A model generated the notes under the pieces. The model ran no database searches. It was not told the DNA's origin and saw nothing but the letters and a program-made list of their open reading frames with translations. DNA of 56,784 nt. Source: an uncultured Candidatus Saccharibacteria bacterium. Its GTDB lineage: Bacteria; Patescibacteriota; Minisyncoccia; Sungbacterales; HO2-52-23. The DNA lies in the NCBI GenBank assembly GCA_964358425.1, contig CAYHON010000002.1, forward strand, positions 9,350 through 66,133, read 5' to 3'. This document shows positions 27,530 through 35,951 of the stretch, piece after piece. The position numbers were made by a program, and so were the translations under genes. Position 1 is the first letter of the stretch; each line of letters starts with the position of its first letter.

Positions 27530-28522
27530 TTACTTTTTGCCGTTTTTAAGCAAATAGCTATAGGCCGCCAATGCCGCTTTGACTGCGTCTCCGGCCGAAA
27601 TATTATTTTGTTTGTAGGGGTCGTCGGTGATATCTCCGGCGGCAAATAGGCCTGGGTGAGAAGTGGTGCCATGTTTGGAGTCAATTATAATCTGGCCGTA
27701 TTTATCCATATCCACCAAGCCCTTTACAATTTCCGAATTGGGTACGGAGCCGATTTCTACAAAAACCCCTTCTACTTTTAAAGTTTTTTCCTCACCGCTT
27801 TTGGTGTCCGTATATTTTAATCCCTCCACAAAAGCGTCTCCCAAAATTTCCGCCGTCTTGGCATTTAAAATTATCTCTATCTTAGGATTTTTTTTGACCA
27901 TTCCCTGGGTTACTACATCTCCTTTCAGGGAATCGGCAAATTCCAGGACATATATTTTTTGGGCATACGGCACAAGGTCTATGGCCGACTCCAATCCGGC
28001 GTTGCCTCCGCCGACCACGGCCACGTCTTTGCCGGAAAATAAAGGCGCGTCGCAGGTGGCGCAGTAAGCGACACCCTTGCCGTTGAGCTTGTCTTCTCCG
28101 GGAAGCCCGAGTTTTCGGCGCCGCGCTCCGGCGGCTAAAATCACAGACTTGGCCTGATAAGTATTTTTATCCGTGGTTACTTCAAAATCGCATATTTTTT
28201 CAGGTGAGCCCTCAACACCAATTTGGTGTACGGGTAAACAGTTTATAGCCTTTATCGCCGTAACCTTTTCTGGCATTTTTATTTCCACATCTTCCGCGAA
28301 TGTCCGCACGTGCTTTTCAAATTTCTGGGCTAAGTCATATCCGGAGATACTTGGCTCCCCTATCCAGTTCTGAATATCGCCCGATACTATGGACTGCCCG
28401 CCGAAAGATTCGGTGATGAGCAGGGTTTTAAGTTTTTTGCGGGCGGTGTAGACGGCGGCCGAGCACCCAGCCGGCCCCCCGCCGATGATTATGACGTCGT
28501 ATAGCATATACCCAACTGTCAT
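27530..28522 (-). CDS. trxB: Thioredoxin-disulfide reductase-like flavoprotein
   Basis: Motifs IIGGGPAG, the redox site CATCDA, VVGGGNAG and AAGD. Confidence 0.8.
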   Translation of the reverse strand: MTVGYMLYDVIIIGGGPAGCSAAVYTARKKLKTLLITESFGGQSIVSGDIQNWIGEPSISGYDLAQKFEKHVRTFAEDVEIKMPEKVTAIKAINCLPVHQIGVEGSPEKICDFEVTTDKNTYQAKSVILAAGARRRKLGLPGEDKLNGKGVAYCATCDAPLFSGKDVAVVGGGNAGLESAIDLVPYAQKIYVLEFADSLKGDVVTQGMVKKNPKIEIILNAKTAEILGDAFVEGLKYTDTKSGEEKTLKVEGVFVEIGSVPNSEIVKGLVDMDKYGQIIIDSKHGTTSHPGLFAAGDITDDPYKQNNISAGDAVKAALAAYSYLLKNGKK

Positions 28523-28582
28523 CCTGAAGGAGCGAAGCGACTGAAGGATCCGTTTTAGATACTTCGCTATGCTCAGTATGAC
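28518..28582. repeat. REP-like hairpin, GTCAT..GAGCGAAG family (copy A)
   Basis: GTCATCCTGAAGGAGCGAAGC-N-TAGATACTTCGCTATGCTCAGTATGAC. The arms are inverted complements. The left end overlaps the trxB start codon. Confidence 0.85.
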
Positions 28583-28591
28583 AAACTCTTT

Positions 28592-29578
28592 TTATTTTTT
28601 TCTATTTATCACTTTCTTCACCGCCTCTTTAATAGCCTCTTTCCCAATTCCAAAATGTTCAATCAGCTCATCACTGGTTCCAGACTCGCCAAACCGATCT
28701 TGGATTCCGATAAACTCCACGGGCACCGGAAAGTTTTTGGCTAAAAATTCGGCCACGGCCGAGCCCATACCTCCGGCTATTTGATGTTCCTCTACCGTAA
28801 TTATCGCGCCGGTCTCGCGGGCGGCGGTTAGCAGTGTTTCTTCGTCTAGGGGTTTAACCGAAGGATTGTTTATAACCCGTACGTCAATATTTTCTTTGGC
28901 AAGTTCCTCGGCGGCCAATAGAGCTCGGTGTAAAAGCATGCCGCAGGCAACTATAGTCGCGTCTTTACCTTGGCGGAAAATTTGGGCTTTGCCTACCGCA
29001 AAGGGGGTGTCTGCAGTAGTAATAATTGACGATTTTTCCCGACCGAAACGGATATACACCGGACCGGGCAGAGTTGCCGCGGCGACAGTTGCTTTTTGGG
29101 CTTCAATCGCGTCGCAAGGTACTAATACAGTCATCCGAGGCAGGACTCGCATAAGAGCAATATCTTCCAGCGCCTGATGGGTGGCGCCGTCCGGCCCCAC
29201 CGAGATACCCGCATGCGCTCCGCCTATTTTTACCGGCACGTTGTTGATACAGGCTGTGGTGCGGATTTGCTCGTTGTTGCGGCCGGGGCTAAAAGCGGCG
29301 TAGGAGGATATAAAAGGTATTTTGCCGTAGCAGGCCAGGCCTGCCGCCACGGTTGCCAAATTTTGCTCGGCGACTCCAATTTCAATAAATCTATCCGGGA
29401 ATTTTTCTTTGAACCAAAGCGACCGGGTAGACTCGGTCAGGTCGGCGCAGAGCACAACCACTTTTCTGTCTTTCTCCCCCGCCTCCACGAGGCCCTTGCC
29501 GTAGCCGTCGCGAGTGGCTACCTGCTCCACATCCGCGTCAAAAATTTTGGGATTAAGTTTTAATTCTTGGTTTAGCAT
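28592..29578 (-). CDS. Transketolase, C-terminal subunit (pyrimidine-binding plus C-terminal domains)
   Basis: Motifs FIEIGVAEQN, GPDGATHQALEDIA and VYIRFGRE, typical of the split transketolase B subunit. Confidence 0.9.
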   Translation of the reverse strand: MLNQELKLNPKIFDADVEQVATRDGYGKGLVEAGEKDRKVVVLCADLTESTRSLWFKEKFPDRFIEIGVAEQNLATVAAGLACYGKIPFISSYAAFSPGRNNEQIRTTACINNVPVKIGGAHAGISVGPDGATHQALEDIALMRVLPRMTVLVPCDAIEAQKATVAAATLPGPVYIRFGREKSSIITTADTPFAVGKAQIFRQGKDATIVACGMLLHRALLAAEELAKENIDVRVINNPSVKPLDEETLLTAARETGAIITVEEHQIAGGMGSAVAEFLAKNFPVPVEFIGIQDRFGESGTSDELIEHFGIGKEAIKEAVKKVINRKK

Positions 29579-29800
29579 AGAAAAAATTTAAAACTAAAAA
29601 CGAAAAAGGAAAAGCAACAACTAAAAACTTAAAACACCTTAAATTATTATTTTACGCTTTTCGTTTTTAACTTTACGCTTATTATCATACCACTTCCTGC
29701 TGATAGCATTGCTCGTCCCCCGCCAATTCCGATTAAGACTCTTAAATAATAGGTGTTTATTCTCGCGGCAGCGCCTAGCGGCAGTTTTTGGTCTCGGGAT

Positions 29801-31333
29801 TCATTCCAAAAGCTTTCTCTGGTGTCTTGATATATCAGTCTCCACTTTTTTTGCTTCTTTGTAATAGGATTCTGACCAAAGAGGCATTTTAGGACGCAGA
29901 CCAATAAGTAAGTCCTTTATAGTGATTATCTGAATTTTAGGAAATTCTTCTTTATGAAATCCATTAAAACTAATTTCAAATTTACCAGAACTTACTGCTT
30001 CTTCCCTCATTGGTCTGGTCGGTTCCTCTAGTGTTAACAGTAGTCCGCCGTCAGCCTTTTCTCGGTCTATATCTCCTTTCAAGGCGGCGATATCTTTTCT
30101 TTGAACTCCCCCGCCTTTTACCTGTACCAAGATTTTTCCATATTCACGGTCTCCATTCTTAATATTTTTTACAATTGTGATAATCCCATCAATTCCTTTA
30201 TCCGCTCCCCGCATATTTTCTTTAGACTTGCTTTGGGCTGGCATGGCGTTTACCAAGTCTAAGGCCCAATATTCAAATTCAAAGGGATCTTTTTTGAATA
30301 ACGATTTAGCACCGGTCAAATCTTTCGGCAGACCATCAACATGAATCTGCATAAACTTGTCAGAAAATTGTTTTTTTAGACGGTGTTTGACTAAATTGAC
30401 AGCTAATGCTGTAATATCAATGCCGACCCAGCGCCTATCTAGTTTTTCAGATACCGCAACAGTAGTTCCGCAGCCACAAAACGGATCTAAAATCCAATCT
30501 CCATTTTTCGAAGAAGCCTCGATAATACGTTCCAGCAATGCTTCTGGTTTTTGTGTTGGGTAACCTAACCTTTCATTTGCATTGCCAGCTATGGTGGGAA
30601 TGTACCAATAATCTGCTATTGGAGTTCCAATAGATTCCTCCTCTTGATCTCTGGATAATCTTTTACCGTCAATAAACGTAGCTTTCTGTTTTTTGCCCTT
30701 ATGTATTTTAATGGTTATATCTGCTAGGGGTTGGTATATGGTATTAAAAGTATAATCCCCCCGCTCGTCTTTTACATAGAAAAAAATTATATCATGCATC
30801 CTCTGAAATGATTTTGATTTAGCAGGCCAGCGTCTATATGTCCAAATAATTTCATTTCTAAAGTTTTGTTTTCCAAAAATCGCATCCATTACTATTTTTA
30901 AATAATGACTCGCGGTCGGGTCGCAATGCAGGTAAATACTGCCTGTATTTTTCAAAACTCTATGCAATTCAATAAGCCGCGTTGTCATCATTGTTAAATA
31001 AGCCAAAACATCGTTGTGGCCTATCATCTTTTCCAGAGCCAGCATGAGATTCGAAATCTGCTCGTTTATTCTTATTTTAGACGGCCTTGCGCCGACCAGC
31101 TGTTCAAAAGTGCTCTGGGCGTCGGCTGTCCAGTGCCAGCTGTCCTCAAACGCCTGAATTTGCGCCTGACTGTCCGCTAAACCCTCCTTAAACAAAACGT
31201 TGTAATTACGATTAGAATTAAATGGCGGGTCTAAATAAATCAAATCAAAATAACCCTCACCGTCAGGTTTGTCCGGAAACTTATCTCGTAAAATATCCAG
31301 GTTGTCCCCAAAATAAAGAGTCCGATTTTGCAT
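29801..31333 (-). CDS. DNA methyltransferase (beta-class N6A/N4C) fused to a C-terminal Mrr-like PD-(D/E)xK nuclease domain
   Basis: Motif IV IYLDPPFNSNRNYN precedes motif I DPFCGCGTTVAV, which is the beta order. The C-terminus GADKGIDGI...ILVQVKGG fits the D...(E/Q)xK restriction-endonuclease core. The start is taken at MQNRTLYFGDN. The gene is AT-richer than the flanking tkt genes. Confidence 0.8.
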   Translation of the reverse strand: MQNRTLYFGDNLDILRDKFPDKPDGEGYFDLIYLDPPFNSNRNYNVLFKEGLADSQAQIQAFEDSWHWTADAQSTFEQLVGARPSKIRINEQISNLMLALEKMIGHNDVLAYLTMMTTRLIELHRVLKNTGSIYLHCDPTASHYLKIVMDAIFGKQNFRNEIIWTYRRWPAKSKSFQRMHDIIFFYVKDERGDYTFNTIYQPLADITIKIHKGKKQKATFIDGKRLSRDQEEESIGTPIADYWYIPTIAGNANERLGYPTQKPEALLERIIEASSKNGDWILDPFCGCGTTVAVSEKLDRRWVGIDITALAVNLVKHRLKKQFSDKFMQIHVDGLPKDLTGAKSLFKKDPFEFEYWALDLVNAMPAQSKSKENMRGADKGIDGIITIVKNIKNGDREYGKILVQVKGGGVQRKDIAALKGDIDREKADGGLLLTLEEPTRPMREEAVSSGKFEISFNGFHKEEFPKIQIITIKDLLIGLRPKMPLWSESYYKEAKKVETDISRHQRKLLE

Positions 31334-31448
31334 ATTTAAATTATAGCCAATTTCGTGGCACAAAACAACATATAGAAGATTTCTATGCTAAGCGGAGGAA
31401 ATTATGCTTTTTGAAACACTCAAAAGACATAATTTCTGAAGCGAAAAT

Positions 31449-32318
31449 TTATTGATGCTCACTCTGTATTTTTCCTCCCAAAGTTCGTAATTCTTCCAAA
31501 AATTTTTTACCCTCTTCCGGTTTTGGCGGTTTGCCGTGCCAGAGGTAATCAAACTCTATTTCGTGTATCCCCTTGCCCGGGATGTTATGTGCGATAATAA
31601 CCGTCGGTTTTTCAAAGATGGCTTTGGCCTGCTCCACGGCGTCCGCAAAATCGCGGATGTTGTTGCCGTCGCAATTCAAAACATGCCACCCGAAAGCTTT
31701 GTATTTATCTTCCAGCGGTTCAAGCGGCATTATATCCTCGGTATATCCGTCTATCTGGATATTGTTGCGGTCAATTACTGCCGTGAGATTGTGCAGTTTG
31801 TTTTTTCCCGCAAACATAGCCGACTCCCAAGTGTTTCCACATTCCTGCTCTGCATCTGACATCAGACAGTAGGTGCGAAAAGTTTTTTTGTCCATTCGGG
31901 CGCCGTAAGCAATTCCGGCGGCCTGTCCCAGACCGGAACCCAGTGGGCCGGAAGTGGTCTCAATCCCCGACAACCTTTCCCGTTCAGGGTGTCCCTGCAA
32001 CCGGCTACCCAGTTTTCTTAAAGTTTTTAATTCCTCTATTGGAAAGTAGCCGGCTTGCGCCATGGACACATAGCGGATGGGAGTGATGTGGCCATTGGAT
32101 AAAATCAGCCGGTCGCGCTCCGGCCAGTCGGGATTTTTGGGGTCGTGATTTAAAATATAAAAATAAAGGGTGGTGAAAATATCCGCCATCCCCAAAGGTC
32201 CGGCGGTGTGACCCGAACCTGCTTCCACCAGCATCTCAATCAAAAGAGTGCGCGCGGTGTTGGCTTTGAGTTCCAGGTCTTTAAGTTTGTCGTCGTGTAG
32301 TTCGGACATTACTTCCAA
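31449..32318 (-). CDS. Transketolase, N-terminal subunit (TPP-binding)
   Basis: Motifs GSGHTAGPLGMADI, LSNGH and GPLGSGLGQAAG...DAEQECGNTWE. Confidence 0.9.
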   Translation of the reverse strand: MEVMSELHDDKLKDLELKANTARTLLIEMLVEAGSGHTAGPLGMADIFTTLYFYILNHDPKNPDWPERDRLILSNGHITPIRYVSMAQAGYFPIEELKTLRKLGSRLQGHPERERLSGIETTSGPLGSGLGQAAGIAYGARMDKKTFRTYCLMSDAEQECGNTWESAMFAGKNKLHNLTAVIDRNNIQIDGYTEDIMPLEPLEDKYKAFGWHVLNCDGNNIRDFADAVEQAKAIFEKPTVIIAHNIPGKGIHEIEFDYLWHGKPPKPEEGKKFLEELRTLGGKIQSEHQ

Positions 32319-32325
32319 AATACCA

Positions 32326-33597
32326 TTATTGCCAAGCTTCTACAACGCGGTTTAAGGCTCTTACATACGCCGCCAGGCGCCAAGATGTATTATATTTTGA
32401 TTTCGTTTCGGCTACTCCCCGGAAGGCTTCGGTCATCTGGGCGTCAATTTTTTCCAGGACTTCCTTTCCGCCCCAATATTTGCCTGATTTGGATTGTATC
32501 CATTCAAAATACGAGCCGACTACTCCCCCGCCGTTGGCCAAGATATCCGGGATTATTTCCACTCCTTTTTTCTCCAATATTTTATCCGCCTCATGGGAGA
32601 CGGGGCCATTGGCCAGCTCCAGAATAACTTTGGCTTTTATTTTATCCGCGTTTTTCTCCGTAATCTGGTTTTCCAGCGCGGCCGGTATCAAAATGTCCAC
32701 GGATAATTCCAGCAGCTCGTCATTGGAAATTTGCTGGCACAAAATACAGGCGTTTTTCTTGTCGCAATCCACCGCGTAACACTTGCCCTGGTCTATCAGG
32801 CCGGTTTTTTCCTTCTCGTCTATGATGCGATTGATGTCTATGCCGTCTGATTCCAGGAGTCCGCCTTTAGAATCGGATATGGCGATGACTTTAAAACCGC
32901 GCTCAAAAAGAAGCTTGGCGATATTGGAGCCCACATTACCGAAGCCCTGCACGGCGACATTTAGGGATGTAGGTTTTAGGTTATAGGTTATGGGGGATTT
33001 TTTTAGATATTCTCGGAGAGTCACGTATCCGCCGAAGCCGGTGGCAACTTCGCGACCCTGCGAACCCCCTTTTTCTATCGGTTTTCCGGTAAATACGGCT
33101 GGCTCCGAGTGACCGACAAGCTTGGAATATTCATCCGCCATCCAGTCCATCATTTGGGCGTTGGAGCCCACATCCGGCGCGGGAACGTCTTTATCCGGTC
33201 CGATATCTTGCCATATTTTTCGGACATAGCCGCGGCAAATCTGCTCAAGCTCTCTTTTACTCAAAGTGTGAGTATCGGCTTGCACGGCTCCCTTCCCTCC
33301 GCCGAAGGGCAGATTGACCACCGAAGTTTTCCAAGTCATTAAGGAGGCCAAAGCTTTTACCTCATCTAAATTAGAATCCGGATGAAAGCGAATACCGCCT
33401 TTATATGGCCCGAGTTTGTCGTTGTGCTGTACCCGCCAGCCGGGAAAATTTTTGGCGGAGCCGTCATCCATTTTGACGGATATTTCAAATTCTAAAACCT
33501 TATCAGGGGTTTCCAGTTTTACCAAAACATCCTTGGAAATACCAGCCAAGGATGCCGCTTCTTTTATAATTTCTTCGGTATTTTCTAGGAAGGACAT
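32326..33597 (-). CDS. gdhA: Glutamate dehydrogenase (Glu/Leu/Phe/Val dehydrogenase family)
   Basis: Motifs KGGIRFHP, the catalytic-Lys region PFGGGKGAV, and the NAD(P) fold VQGFGNVG. Confidence 0.9.
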   Translation of the reverse strand: MSFLENTEEIIKEAASLAGISKDVLVKLETPDKVLEFEISVKMDDGSAKNFPGWRVQHNDKLGPYKGGIRFHPDSNLDEVKALASLMTWKTSVVNLPFGGGKGAVQADTHTLSKRELEQICRGYVRKIWQDIGPDKDVPAPDVGSNAQMMDWMADEYSKLVGHSEPAVFTGKPIEKGGSQGREVATGFGGYVTLREYLKKSPITYNLKPTSLNVAVQGFGNVGSNIAKLLFERGFKVIAISDSKGGLLESDGIDINRIIDEKEKTGLIDQGKCYAVDCDKKNACILCQQISNDELLELSVDILIPAALENQITEKNADKIKAKVILELANGPVSHEADKILEKKGVEIIPDILANGGGVVGSYFEWIQSKSGKYWGGKEVLEKIDAQMTEAFRGVAETKSKYNTSWRLAAYVRALNRVVEAWQ

Positions 33598-33603
33598 TTT
33601 TAA

Positions 33604-33676
33604 GTCATAGTGAGCGGAGCGAAGCTATCTCTAGATTACTTCGTCATCCACCAGCTGGCGGATTTCGCACGATGAC
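33604..33676. repeat. REP-like hairpin, GTCAT..GAGCGAAG family (copy B)
   Basis: GTCATAGTGAGCGGAGCGAAGC-N-TAGATTACTTCGTC...CGCACGATGAC. It shares GGAGCGAAGC..TAGAT(T)ACTTCG with copy A and fills the gdh/pgi spacer. Confidence 0.8.
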
Positions 33677-33678
33677 AT

Positions 33679-34641
33679 TTAGGCTATAAGTTTTTTAAAT
33701 TCTTCCACCATCGGCACCTGCTCCGCCTCCGTGCCGTAAATCAAGGAAAGATAATAAGCGGTCCAATCGGCGAGCTGGAGAGAAGAAAATATTTTATGGA
33801 GCCGATCTTGGCCGGTCAGCTCCATTTCAGTCACTTCCAATCCCCGGTCACGGTATAGTTTGGCCAAAACACTGCTTCTTTTAATATTTTGCGGATGATC
33901 GGACGAATCTTTTAAAATAATAAAATGAAAGGCCCTGGATAATTTTTCAGTGGTATCGGTTGCGTCAAAACCGGTCATCTCGTTGTGATTAAGCTCGGGC
34001 AAGAAATTACAAAAAGCCGGTATTTTGCTAGTCTCGTTTAATTTTATTTTCCAATTATAAGCTATAGCGGCGTTGCGACGGGAGGCGTAGATAACTGGTA
34101 CAAATCCTCGCAGTTTGGCAGATAGCTCCTTGGCCGATTTCTCCACTTCTTCGGAGGATAGGAGCGCGGCCAACTTTTTGGTTTCCGCCAAAGTTTTCTC
34201 ATCCCCCATTATTTTTAAAAGTCCGCGCAGGCTGAAGCCGAGAGCCGAGCGTGGTTGGATGCCGGTATCGGGCATCTGGACATAGGGGATATTATTTTTT
34301 TTGGCTTCTTCAATGAGTTTGCCGCCGATAGCGATAGCAGCTGCGGGTAATTTTTTTTCTAAGGCTATTTTCAGCCCGTCCAGAACTTCTTCGGTGTTGC
34401 CGGAGTAAGAACTGGCGATCACAAAAGCGTTTTGCAGGACGGTTTCCGGAAAAGGCAGGCCGTAATCGGAGTGGACAATTATATCCATATCCGGCTTATA
34501 GGCGGCAAGTAAGTCCGCGGCAAGGTGCGACCCGCCCATGCCAAGCACTATAAAAATTTCTTTGCGCTGGAGCTTGTCCGCGTTTATTATCTCCGGCTCG
34601 TACAGAAACTGCTGGGGAAAATTTTTAATAGCTTCTTCCAT
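33679..34641 (-). CDS. Bifunctional phosphoglucose/phosphomannose isomerase (SIS domain)
   Basis: SIS pattern VLGMGGSHLAADL...ASSYSGNTEE, and the C-terminal ELNHNE motif typical of the PGI/PMI family. Confidence 0.8.
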   Translation of the reverse strand: MEEAIKNFPQQFLYEPEIINADKLQRKEIFIVLGMGGSHLAADLLAAYKPDMDIIVHSDYGLPFPETVLQNAFVIASSYSGNTEEVLDGLKIALEKKLPAAAIAIGGKLIEEAKKNNIPYVQMPDTGIQPRSALGFSLRGLLKIMGDEKTLAETKKLAALLSSEEVEKSAKELSAKLRGFVPVIYASRRNAAIAYNWKIKLNETSKIPAFCNFLPELNHNEMTGFDATDTTEKLSRAFHFIILKDSSDHPQNIKRSSVLAKLYRDRGLEVTEMELTGQDRLHKIFSSLQLADWTAYYLSLIYGTEAEQVPMVEEFKKLIA

Positions 34642-34658
34642 TAAAATAAAATGTTTAA

Positions 34659-35156
34659 TTATTTTTTACGTCTTTGATTATCTGTTATGGAGACTACTAG
34701 ATGTCTTAATTGTTGTATTATCGCCATATTTTTGTATAGAATAATAGAGTTTGCTTTATAAACAGGATGATTGTCTAATTCTTTTATATCTAGTAGATTT
34801 CCATCTTTATCTCTATGGAGATTAATTTCTCTGATTTTTTTATTGCATAAATCTTGTTCTTTGTCTATAGACTCTAACCTATACTCTAATTTATTTACAA
34901 TACTAAACCAAAAATTCCAGCCATATTTTGGGGAATCATTTATATCTCCCAAACTTGGACCATAACGCTCACGCCATTTTTCCCAATTCTCCTCAGATAA
35001 TCTCATTGATTCTCTATTATCTTTACTTTTATACTCAAAATATTCCATTCGCAACCTATCGATCATATATAAATTAGCGAGTTCTTCAGTATCTTTGGGC
35101 GTTTTACATTCAATTAGGTTTTCTATATTTTGTAGTTCTACTATCTTTTCATTCAT
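34659..35156 (-). CDS. Hypothetical protein (AT-rich, no recognised domain)
   Basis: 165-aa ORF, Trp/Glu/Lys-rich. It overlaps the upstream FMN-reductase remnant by 8 nt. Confidence 0.4.
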   Translation of the reverse strand: MNEKIVELQNIENLIECKTPKDTEELANLYMIDRLRMEYFEYKSKDNRESMRLSEENWEKWRERYGPSLGDINDSPKYGWNFWFSIVNKLEYRLESIDKEQDLCNKKIREINLHRDKDGNLLDIKELDNHPVYKANSIILYKNMAIIQQLRHLVVSITDNQRRKK

Positions 35157-35433
35157 GACTTTCTCTAATACTCCTTAAGTCTATTAAAGCTTTACCAAGT
35201 TTAATCAATTCATCCAAAAATTTAGCTGCTTTTTCTTCAAATTTATTGTTTTTTATAACTACGGATTCATCAAACTTGTAGTTATGTTCGTCATGCAGCA
35301 TATCCAATATCAGCTTTAATTCTCCCAGATAGCCGTGATTATATTCCGGCGAGACGATGATGATTCCGTCGGCTTTAGTTATTTTTTCAGCCAATTTTTT
35401 GGCCTGGGAAATTTCTCCGTCGCTATCCGTCAA
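35149..35433 (-). pseudogene. Remnant of an NAD(P)H-dependent FMN reductase
   Basis: It retains ADGIIIVSPEYNHGYLGELKLILD (the PEYN motif) but lacks the N-terminal flavodoxin strand/P-loop and the middle of the fold. It opens only with TTG. A short ATG ORF (MNFPII*) lies just upstream in another frame. Confidence 0.5.
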
Positions 35434-35456
35434 ATAATTGGGAAATTCATATTTTC

Positions 35457-35696
35457 ATGCTAAGCGAGCTTATACTCTTCCGTGGAATTGTGGAGGCACA
35501 GCTAATAAATTACCGAAGCGAGGAGGAAGGGAAACCGGGGCTCCAGTGCTCTACTTTGGAAGACAAGAGATTCTTTCGCTTCGCTCAGAATGACAACTAT
35601 AAGCTTATTAGTAAGTGGAGAACACGGAGGGATTCCCGCCTCCGAGCGAGGATAATTTATCTGTGCCGAAACGTTGGAGCGGAGAGTATGAGCGAG
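35457..35696. repeat. About 240-bp imperfect palindrome (nested inverted repeats), non-coding
   Basis: Outer arms are GCGAGCTTATACTCTTCCG and CGGAGAGTATGAGCGAG. Second-tier arms are GGCACAGCTAATAAATTACCGAAGCGAGGAGG and CCTCCGAGCGAGGATAATTTATCTGTGCC. The centre contains a minus-oriented GTCATTCTGAGCGAAGCGAAAGAAT copy (35570-35594). Confidence 0.8.
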
Positions 35697-35702
35697 TGAT
35701 GT

Positions 35703-35936
35703 CTATAAACCTAAAGCCGTCTGGATGGCCGGCTGGTCAAAACCTACGATTATTTTGCCGTCGATTTCAATCACCGGCACGCCCATCTGGCCGGATTTTT
35801 TAATCATATCCGTGCGCGCTTCGGTATCGGTGACCACATTTTTTTCCTCGTACTCCACTTTATTTTTTTGGAAAAAATCTTTGGCGAGCTTGCAATAAAC
35901 ACAAGTGGGGGTCGTATAAATGGTTACTTTGGACAT
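35703..35936 (-). CDS. Glutaredoxin-like / NrdH-like small redoxin
   Basis: 77 aa with the CVYC active site and a GVPVIEIDG motif. Confidence 0.8.
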   Translation of the reverse strand: MSKVTIYTTPTCVYCKLAKDFFQKNKVEYEEKNVVTDTEARTDMIKKSGQMGVPVIEIDGKIIVGFDQPAIQTALGL

Positions 35937-35951
35937 TTTATTTCTCGGATA

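Noticed and set aside
29647-29904. 85-aa minus-strand ORF overlapping the 3' end of the methyltransferase gene.
   Set aside because: It is out of frame with, and largely inside, the well-supported MTase-nuclease ORF and the A-rich spacer. It has no motif and no start context.
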